Source: Mobula hypostoma
Lineage: Eukaryota
DNA length: 64,000 nucleotides
Assembly: GCF_963921235.1 (NCBI RefSeq)
Contig: NC_086118.1
Location: 22,756,001-22,820,000, forward strand
Direction: 5' to 3'
The position numbers and the translations under genes are program-made. Positions within the stretch are counted from its first letter, which is position 1. The number at the start of each line of letters is the position of its first letter. Of the stretch, positions 1-9,805 are shown piece by piece. A model generated the notes under the pieces. The model searched no databases and was not told the origin of the DNA. It was given only the letters and a program-made list of their open reading frames with translations.

Positions 1-1289
1 AGCAGTAATAATGACACAATCTATTTCTGTTGATTGGTAATGTATCTCCCTTTATTTCTGTGTTTATTTTGTAATTACTAAGTTTTGTAAGGATATATTT
101 GTAAGCTTGCCATGTTTGTTTTCTAGTTTCATGAAAACCAGTTGTGTAGTTTTTATTGTGTGTTCCAAACTATTATTCTTGCTTTAGCATCGAGATCACA
201 GGAATTACTCTACTGTTAAATAAAAGAGGCCTTGGGGTTACCCCGGTTGTAAATTGATTATCAGGGGAAACCACCCCAGGTTAATGGCAATTTCCTGCCA
301 GGAAAAGGAATTTACAGAATGATAAAGGTAACAAATGATTAGGGATTTTCAGCTCATGCATACGGCAATTATCAGGCTTTCTAGCAAGGAGAAAACTTCA
401 TAAAAATTTAACTATCTATTACTTTTCTCTGTAAAGTAATGCTTATCAGGGAAAGTTTTAACCACATCTCTCAAAAGCACACTTTAATTAGTTAAATGTG
501 TACCTTGAATATTATCTTAAGGAGATACAACCTTAAGTTATGGAAGCGTTTTGTAGATATTCTTCTCATAATACTAATGGATAACTCAGAATGATGATTG
601 TTTACTTAGTTACCGTAAGAGCAAAACTCAGGAGAACTTGAAACAGATTAATACTGTTGGTAATTGAGTTTAGTGCATAAATGCTTACTTTTGTTCATGA
701 ATTTTACATTCAAAGAGAGTGCTGTTAATAATGTAAAGTGGATCCTGCACCATATTGAAAGGAACCTATGATGCTTTCAGCCTGAAAAATTGTAGCCAAC
801 AGTAGAGTTACAGGGTTATTGGTCACTGTCAAGTTAATGGTAAGGGTAATGGCAATCTCTTACTTGTGGATAAATTGTACAGGAACATTAGGGAGGCACA
901 GGAGACACAGTTAAATACAAATATATAGAAGCAGCTGTCCAAAAAGTGTTGCTGCATCATTAGCATTATGAAGATGACATGTTGCTCCTAGCCTTTCTTG
1001 TTTTTCAAGATATTGCTACATTTACCCGTTAAACAGACAGTAAAAATACTAAGCATAATCCCATCATTAAAGGGTCAAGCGTTCTTTTACCAACGGAAAA
1101 ATAGCAATGACTGTCTGTAATCCTCTTCAACTCTGAAAATTAACTGTTTTAAATAGAGAAGTTTCATTCTACAATTGTTTTAAAAGTGTCTCTTTTCAAT
1201 TGCTTTTCTCTTTCTTTATTGTTTTTTTTCCTGTCACTCTCACTTTATATCTAGTTCAGAAGCTGATGTGGGCACTCAGATAGCTTCAT

Positions 1290-2290
1290 CCTGATACAAT
1301 CCTCCTCACCATGGATGACATCTCCAAAAAACACTGCCTCCAGAAGGTGACTTCCATCATTAAGGATTCTCACCATCCCAGATACACTCTCTTATTACTA
1401 CGGTTGAGTAGGAGGTATGGGAGCCTGAAGACCAACACTTACAATTTTAAAAGCATCTTCTTTCCCCCTGCCATCAGATTTCTGCATGGTTCATGAATAC
1501 TACTTGGCTAGTCCTCTTTCGCATTATTTACTTGTTTTTGTAACAATGATTTTATGTCTTATTCTATAATACGGGAGAGGGAGGAGAAGATGGCGGCGCG
1601 ACGCAGCGCGCACAGCCGTTCCGAATTGATATCGTATCTGTGAAGTAGGATGCCGTGCACAATCCAGATTTGATAGAGACAGACGTGAAGAAGCACGGAG
1701 GAACATCTGGAGTAACTTCTGAAACGCCCGCTTCGCTGCCGCTGCTACTGTGCGATCGAGAATCTCCGGAGGGAGGGCCCCAAATCCTCGGCCTTGCCTG
1801 TTGCCTGTTGCCGGGGCTGAGGTCGAAGCGCTCGGCGGAGATGGTGCTCGGTGCATTGGTGTCAGGAAGCTGGTCGGAGGCTCGGAATTTTCGGACGGAC
1901 TTGGAGTCAGACTGTGGCTGGATGCTTCCAGGATGCTGCATCGGCAAGTTTGCGGCGCTGGAGGTTTACCGTCTGCGTGAGATGATGGGACTTTCGAGAG
2001 ACTTTGAGACTGTACCGTGCCCATGGTCTGTTCTTATCAAATTACGGTATTGCTTTGCACTGTTGTAACTATATGTTATAATTATGTGGTTTTTGTCAGT
2101 TTTTCAGTCTTGGTTTGTCATGTGTTTCTGTGATATTATTCTGGAAAAACATTGTATCATTTCTTAATGCATGCATTGCTAAATGACAATAAAAGAGGAC
2201 CGCATGTCTTCATAATCTAATCTAGTACTGCCAAAAAACAACAACTTCATTAAGTACATCTGTGGTAATAAACCTGATTCTGATTCTGAC
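1290..2290 (+). mobile_element. Rex1/Babar-like LINE 3' end, interrupted by an insertion at ~1571-2224
   Basis: CLQKVTSIIKDSHHP...RRYGSLK...FKSIFFPPAIRFL C-terminus; the 3' UTR resumes at 2225 and ends AATAAAcctgattctgattctga. Confidence 0.75.
1571..2224 (+). mobile_element. Non-autonomous ~650-bp retroposon (SINE-like, no tRNA head)
   Basis: Splits a Rex1 3' UTR; G-rich start with AAGATGGCGGC (1587-1597); CpG-rich body; AATAAA at 2188-2193; GAGGAC/GTCTTC hairpin at 2195-2211; (TAATC)n tail. Confidence 0.65.
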
Positions 2291-2789
2291 ATGAATTCAC
2301 CCCCTTTCATTGATTCCACTGTTGATTTCACAACCCTTCACTTTCTTTGGTGAAAGAAATAGCTGTCAGATGCTCTGTATATTCATATTGCACAGCTATG
2401 GTTTATAGAGTCATACAGCACAGAAACAGGCCATTCAGCCCATCATATCTATACCTATCAACAACTAATCTCCTTTGCCAACACTGTCCATTGCTGATAA
2501 CAGTTGACTTTTCAGCATTCTGGTAGGAAATTACTTAAAGTGCAGGAGAAAAGTTCTTTCAACAGCTTGAGCCTAGTGTATCTATCAAGATGATCCGACA
2601 CTTCAAATCCACGTAAAGGCTGCAGATGCAAGTCCAAAGGTGAGCTAAATTCTGGGCATGAACTGAGAGTGACTGTTCTTAATACTAAGGTATAATTTGA
2701 ACCAATGATGCATCACAGGACCTTAGTGGAATTAACGCCAATAGGTATAAAGGGGAAAACACTTCATTGATGGGAGTTATACCTTGCAG

Positions 2790-3250
2790 AAGGGAAGATG
2801 AACACAGTTGTTGGAGGTCAGACATCCAGTCCCAGAATATCATTGTGGGACTTCCTCAGGATAGTGTCCTGGATCTATACATCTTCACTACATCATCAAT
2901 GACCTTTCTGTTATCATAAGATCAGTAATGTAGGTTCCTGTAGAAATATCCAACAAATTAAACAGCCCATCCCACATGCATCAGGGGCTGATTAATGATA
3001 AGTAACATTTTCATCACAGTAGTGCCATTTCCAGCAAAAGAGAGTCTAACCATTGACACTCAATAGCATTACCAATGCCAAGATCCAAACTATCAATATC
3101 CTGGAAGTCACCATTGATTAGAAACTCAACTGTCTCCAAGGGCTGATAGAAAGTCTGGGTAAGACAGCTCCTTATTAGCCAATGCCTTTCATTATCTATA
3201 GTGTGTGCTGTGAGGAACGAAGCTCAGAATATCTAAATCAGTGCAGCTGT
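2790..3250 (+). mobile_element. Highly degenerate CR1/L2-group LINE RT fragment
   Basis: cctcaggatagtgtcctgg...atcaatgacc resembles PQGSVLG..INDL; a similar relic lies at ~42430-42960. Confidence 0.45.
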
Positions 3251-3269
3251 AGTGAATCAGAAAGTTGCT

Positions 3270-3680
3270 TCATTATTGTCGCCTGTACCAACTTACAGTG
3301 AAAAATTTGTCTTGCATACAGATCAATTCATCAGAACAGTGCACTGAGGAAAGCAAGGTAAAGCAATAACAGAGTGCTACAGTAGAGGGAAAGAGCAGTG
3401 CGGGTAGATGGTTGCAAGGAGATAGATTGTGAGGTCGAGTCCATCTTATTGTACTATGAAAACATTGAATAGTCTTACAACATTGGGATAGAAGTTGTCC
3501 TTGAGCCTGGTGGCATGTGTTTTCTTCTTCTTGAAAGGGGGGAGGGGTGAAGAGGAAATGTCCTGGGTGAGTGGAGTCGTTAGTTATGTTGACTGCTTGA
3601 CTGAGGCCGTGTAAAGTATGGACAGAGACCATGGAGGGGAGACTTGTTTCCATGTTGTGCTGAGTTGTGTCGACAGCTCC
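3270..3680 (-). mobile_element. Degenerate Rex1-like LINE 3' end
   Basis: ORF 3273..3653 contains ITNDSTHPGHFLFTP, followed by a LINE-type 3' UTR. Confidence 0.55.
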
Positions 3681-4657
3681 CCACAGGTCTTACAATTCTC
3701 AAGAAACAGAACATCATCTAAAGAAAAGCAGCTGCTTGACTGGCACCTAGGAGGGCCACTAAACCACCTCCCAACCTCCCAACCTCCCCCTCCCCCTCCC
3801 CCATCTGCACATATGTGCGCAATCTACATTTACTATGCCTAGGTTCACAGGAACGTTGCCACCTGTTAGCTCCCCTGCAAGATCTCAAACCATCCTGGCA
3901 GATATATACCACCTATCTTTCTGCAATGTGGGGTCAAAATCTAGCCAACAACCTTGTGGGCATATCTTCAACTAAAGGATTGCAGTGGTCCAAGAAGGAT
4001 GCTCATCACCATCGTCTCCAGGGCAACTAGGGATGAAGAATAAATGTAGTCTCACTCAGATCGCAAAACAGAATAAATACAAAAGATTGGAAGATTAGTA
4101 GTAGAGGCCATTAGTGGCTATTTTACACCAAAACATGATCTATGGTTATTCCCCCTTTGGACGCAGTCAGTAATAAAACTCAGTTCACCTCCGGCAGCCA
4201 ATGGATCAACTGATTTATTAGAATGTTATTCAGAAAACCTTGAAGAAACCGTGGGGAGGAGTTCACCTTTGATTGTTGTTGCTGGACTGTGCAAGCGTAT
4301 CAGTCATAGTTTAATCATCTCTGCACATTTGACTTCAAAAGTAGTGAAGGTTTGGAAGGTGAGTAAAATAAAACACTGTTATTTTTGGATCCGTTTAGTG
4401 CTAGCAATCAAAGAAAAAAAATCTGTGCACTTGGACAGTCCAAGATAATTGATACAGAGATTAACGCTAACCAGTCTTTCTGACATCAGACTGATTCTTC
4501 TGCATTCATAAAATCCTGATTTCACTTCTGATAATTATGTGCACAAGGAGGTCCCTGGAAAATGCTTTGAACTTACTGTGGGAACTGTATTTATAAGCAA
4601 AGATGAGCATTGTGAAGTCCATTCCGGGAGTTATTTCTAGAGTAACATAATGGTCAC

Positions 4658-6721
4658 AACACGCTGGAGGAACTCAGCAGGTCGGGCAGCATCTGTGGAA
4701 AAGATCGGTCGACATTCCGGGCCGGAACCCTTCGTCAGGACTGTAGAGGGAAGGGGCAGAGGCCCTATAAAGAAGATGCGGGGAGGGTGGGAAGGAGAAG
4801 GCTGGTAGGCTCCAGGTGAAAAACCAGCAAGGGGAAAGATAAAGGGCTGGGGGAAGAGAGGCAGGGAGGTGATAGGCAGGAAAGGTGAAGAAAGAATAGG
4901 GGAAAACACAATGGGTAGTAGAAGGAGGCAGAACCAAGAGAGAGGTGGTAGGCAGCTGGGGGAGGGGGCAGCGTGACATAGGGATAGGGGAAGGGAGGGG
5001 GAGGGAATTACCGGAAGTTGGAGAATTCTGTGTTCATACCAAGGGGCTGGAGACTACCTAGACGGTATATGAAGTGTTGCTCCTCCAACCTGAGTTTAGC
5101 CTCAACATGGCAGTAGAGGCCATGTATGGACGTATCTGAATGGGAATGGGAAGCAGAGTTGAAGTGGGTGGCTACTGGGAGATCCTGTCTGTTTTGGCGG
5201 ATGGAGCGGAGGTGCTCGATGAAGCAATCCCCCAATCTGCGTTGGGTTTCACCGATGTAGAGGAGGCCACACCGGGAGCACCGGATGCAATAGATGACCC
5301 CAACATACTCACAAGTGAAGTGTTGCCTCACTTGGAAGGACTGTTTGGGGCCCTGAAAGGTGGCAAGAGAGGAGGTGTAGGGACAGGTGTAGCACTTGCG
5401 CTTACAGGGATAAGTACCAGGTGGGAGATCCCTGGGGAGGGACGTGTGGACCAGGGAGTCGCAGAGGGAACGATACCTGCGGAAGGCGGAGAGGGCTGGA
5501 GAGGGAAAGATGTGCTTAGTGGTGGGGTCCTGCTGAAGGTGGTGGAAGTTGCGGAGGATAATGTGTTGGATCTGGAGGCTAGTGGGTGGTAGGTGAGGAC
5601 AAGGGGAACTCTGTCCCTGTTGTGGTGGCGGGAGGATGGGGTGAGAGCCAAAGTGGGGGAAATGGAGGAGATGTGGGTGAGGGCTTCATTGATGACAGCA
5701 GAAGGGAAACCATGATCCTTAAAGAAAGAGGACATTTGAGATGTCCTGGAACGGAAAGCCTCATCCTCGGAGCAGATGCGGCAGAGACGGAGGAACTGGG
5801 AATAGGGAATGGCATTTTTGCATGTGGCGGGGTGGGAAGAGGTATAGTCAAGGTAGTTATGAGAGTCAGTGGACTTGTAGAAGATGTCAGTGGACAGTCT
5901 GTCTCCAGAGATGGAGACCGAGAGATCGAGAAAGGGGAGAGAAGTGTCCGAGATAGACCAAGTGAATTTGAGGGCTGGGTGGAAGTTAGAAGTAAAGTCG
6001 ATGAAATTGACGAGCTCAGCATGGGTGCAGGAAGCAGCACCAATGTAGTCGTCAATGTACAGAAGGAAAAGTTGGAGAGCAGTACATCGGTGAAACCCGA
6101 CGCAGATTGGGGGACCGCTTCGTCGAGCACCTCCACTCTGTCCACCAAAACAGACAGGATCTCCCAGTAGCCGCCCACTTCAACTCTGCTTCCCACCCCC
6201 ATTCTGATATGTCCATACATGGCCTCCTCTACTGCCAGGATGAGGCTAAACTCAGGTTGGAGGAGCAATACCTCATATACCGTCTAGGTAGTCTCCAGCC
6301 CCTCGGTACGAACATAGCATTCTCCAACTTCCAGTAATTCCCTCCCCCTCCCTTCCCCTATCCCTATTCCCCTCCCCCAGCTGCCTACCACCTCTCTCTT
6401 GGTTCTGCCTCCTTCAACTACCCATTGTGTTTTCCCCTATTCTTTCTTCACCTTTCCTGCCTATCACCTCCCTGCTTCCCTTCCCCCAGCCCTTTATCGT
6501 TCCCCTTACTGGTTTTTCACCTGGAACCTACCAGCCTTCTCCTTCCCACCCTCCCCCCACTTTCTTTATAGGGCCTCTGCCCCTCCCCCCTACAGTCCTG
6601 ACGAAGGGTTCCGGCCCGAAACGTCGACCGATCTTTTCCACGGATGATGCCCGACCTGCTGAGTTCCTCCAGCGTGTTGTGAGTGTTGCTTTGACCCCAG
6701 CATCTGCAGAGTATTTTGTGT
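4658..6721 (-). mobile_element. Penelope-like element (RT C-terminus + GIY-YIG endonuclease) with inverted terminal arm, bounded by a 15-bp TSD
   Basis: Minus arm 4658-6082 encodes RT YIDD (6059-6048) and GVIYCIRCSRCGLLYIGETQRRLG. Plus arm 6083-6721 is an inverted copy of the GIY-YIG C-terminus and 3' repeat. TSD taacataatggtcac (4643-4657) / taacatactggtcac (6722-6736). Confidence 0.9.
6593..6630 (+). ncRNA. Minimal type I hammerhead ribozyme motif in a Penelope-like repeat
   Basis: gtc-CTGACGA-a-ggg(ttccgg)ccc-GAAA-C-GTC-gac: intact core, stem II, palindromic ACGT stem III, GUC triplet and stem I gtc/gac. Confidence 0.7.
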
Positions 6722-8393
6722 TAACATACTGGTCACCGTAGCTGATGCACATTTAAGAAATGTTTAATTAATTTTATAAGTGGAGGATGCACAATAATAA
6801 GTTTGCTCTGTGCCACTAAAGTTTTAGATGGTACTGATATAATACTTGCAGTACCATAAAGTAATAACTTATCATTTTTGTCACTTTTTAATGTATTCTT
6901 TTCTTAAGTGCGTTACCTCATCAGAGTCCAGGTCTCTTCGCCCTGCCCCTGTCTTTTCTCTGTCCTGACCCCCTGCCCTCATGCTGTGCATTGTTTCGTG
7001 CATGAGAGTGAGTGCACAAAATTGGCAAGTGGGGAAGAACAACTGGTTCCGCAAGCCCATCCCACAGAATGACAGCTCAATCATCGTGACTAAACACTCC
7101 CTTCTTTGACTGTGTCAGCTACCTCCACCCCACCCCACTCCATCCCATCACCTAAAGTATTGTAATCTCCTGGGACAGGGAGACAAAGCAGACAGGGTGG
7201 AACATCTTTAGTGTCCCGTCTTCTGAATTCAAGACACTCTAAACCTCTGACCTTCTGTTCTACGCACTAGTGCACCCAATCCTCATCTTTTGCTCTCTTT
7301 GTTAAGTAAGTCATACAAATATTGCAGATCAAGCCATCTAAAAATAAAGGGGGAAAAAAAGCAAAGAAAACACATCGCAGATCTGATAAATACAAGGAAA
7401 TCCACAGTACATTTGTTTTTTCATGACTCAATGTACGTGGGAAAGGAATTACAGTTCATTTTTAGTGCTGACATTATCATACTTTCTTCTAATCATTCTT
7501 GGATTTTGTCATGTAATGCTTCCCATTAAACTCACCAGTGTGCATGCAATTGACTGATAAACTGAGGAAACATAACTTGGAGTCGCGTGGCATGCTCACT
7601 CTGCACCACCCAACAGCAAGGGACAAATTTATTCTTAGATATAGACCTCCACCCCATTGTCACAACAACAGAGTTGTCCCAATTACATAAGATCACCATT
7701 TGACAGGCAAGACAATTTTCAGTTCTAAGCAAATGCATTCTGTAGCCTGCAATTCTGAAAGAGCATAACTTTTTTTTCTGGTGTGTCTATGCATTCAGAT
7801 CCTGCTGATTAACAGTATCAGCTTCTGTGAAAATTTGACCTTGCTTGGCACAGATTTATATGTGCATGTGAAACTAATTACAGCCAATGCAAATAGTTGT
7901 GCCGGGCTCAATCTTTAACTTTATTTAAATAACAACTCAGGTTTTATGTATTATTGAAAATTCAGTGAATTAAAAGGCATTTCAGAACCTCCAGCAGGTC
8001 ACGAAGTGAACTTGATCCAATGTATAATATTCCACTCCCACTTAACCCATCACTAATAATAACGTTAACTTAAATCTGTTATTTTATTTAGAACCTACTG
8101 TGAAGTACAGACCTGTATTCTGCATCAGAGTTCACAAGAGCCAACACTGAACTGTGGAATATTCTGGCTTCATTTTAGATCAAGGATACCTAGTTCAAAT
8201 GAATTGCTTGCCCTCAAAATCTGGTCAGGCTAATTATGCCTCATTTTGTGCAATATTTCTAAGCAGGAATTCAACCAGAGAGCTTCTTTGCTTTTCCTAC
8301 TGACAGACCGCTTGTGACTGTTCAGTCATCTTTTAGCTGTTAACAGGCAAGCATTCAGTGAAGTTCCGGAGAAAGAGAAGCTCTTAGTCACTT

Positions 8394-9805
8394 GCAAATG
8401 TCACTCCACTCTTTAAGAAGGGAAGAAGACAAAAGAAAGGAAATTATAGGCCAATTAGCCTCAACTCAGTGGTTGGCAAAGTATTGGAGTCGATGATTAA
8501 GGATGAGGTTTCGGGGTACTTGTAGACTAATGATAAAATAAGTCAAAGTCAGCATGGTTTCTGTAAAGGGAAATACTGCCTGACAAATCTGTTAGAGATC
8601 TTCAAGGAAGTAACAAGCAGGGTGGACAAAGGAGAGGCGGTGGATGTCATTTACTTGGATTTTAAGAAGGCACTTGATAAGGTGCCATACTTGAGGCTGC
8701 TTAACAGATAAAATGCTATGGCATTACGGGAAAGATAGTGCCATGGATACAGGAATGGCTGACAGGCAGGAGGCAGTGAGCGGGAATAAAGGGGCCTTTT
8801 CTGGTTGGCTACCAATGACTAGTGGTATTCCTCAGGGAATATCACTAGTATTGGTACCACTACTTTTCACATCGTTTGTCAATGATTTGAATAATGGAAT
8901 TGATGGCTTTGTGGCAAAGTTTGAGGATGATACAAAGATAGGTGGAGGAGTAGCTAGTGCTGAGGAGGCAATGCGATTGCAGCAGGACTTAGGCAAATTG
9001 GAAGAATGGGCAAAAAAGTGGCAGATGGAATACGATGTTGGGAAATGTATGATGATGTACTTTGGTAAAAGGAACAATAGTGCGGACTATTATCTAAATA
9101 GGGAGAAGGTTCAAACATCAGAGGTGCAGAGGGAATTGGGAGTCCTTGTGCAAGACTCCCAAAAGGTTGAGTCTGTATTTATTTCAAGGGGAATACAACA
9201 TAAAAGCAAGGAGATAATGCTGAGGCTTTATAAGACACTAGTCAGGTTGCACTTAGAGTATAGTCAACAGTTTTGGGCCCCATAATCTCAGAAAGGATGT
9301 GTTCTCATTGGGAGAGTCCAGAGGAGGTTCAAGAGGATGATTCTAGGAATGAATGGTGTTAACATATGAAGAGTGTTTGACAACTTTAGGGCCTGTACTC
9401 ACTGGAATTTTGAAGAATGCCGGGGGATCCCATTGAAACCTATCGAATGTTGGAAGGACTAGATAGGGTGGATGTGGATGTTCCCTGTGGTGGGGGTATC
9501 CAGAACTAGAGGACACAGCCTCAAAATTGAGGGGCAACCTTTTGGAATGGAAGTAAGGAGATTTTTTTTAGCCGGAGAGTGGTGAATCTGTAGAATGTTT
9601 TGCAACAGACTGTGATGGAGGCCAAGTCAGTGGGTATATTTAAGGCAGAAGTTGATAGTTTCCTGATCAATCAGAACACCAAAGGATATAGCGAGAAGGC
9701 GGGTGTACAGGGTTGAGTAGGATCCAAGATCAGCCATGATGGAATGACAGAGAAGACTTGATGGGCTGAATGGCCTAATTCTGGTCCTATGTCTTATGGT
9801 CTTAT
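8394..9805 (+). mobile_element. CR1 LINE, 5'-truncated and decayed
   Basis: RT motifs NYRPISL, QHGF, SGIPQG, KFEDDTK, LYKTLVRLHLEY; 3' UTR ends tatgtcttatggtctta. Confidence 0.9.

Noticed and set aside
1524..2068. Overlapping ORFs of 76-166 aa on both strands
   Set aside because: Stop-poor GC-rich retroposon body with no recognisable domain.
5008..5331. GIY-YIG ORFs (also 23114-23430, 61606-61932) as stand-alone nuclease or prokaryotic defence genes
   Set aside because: They are contiguous with Penelope RT and terminal repeats and are bounded by TSDs.
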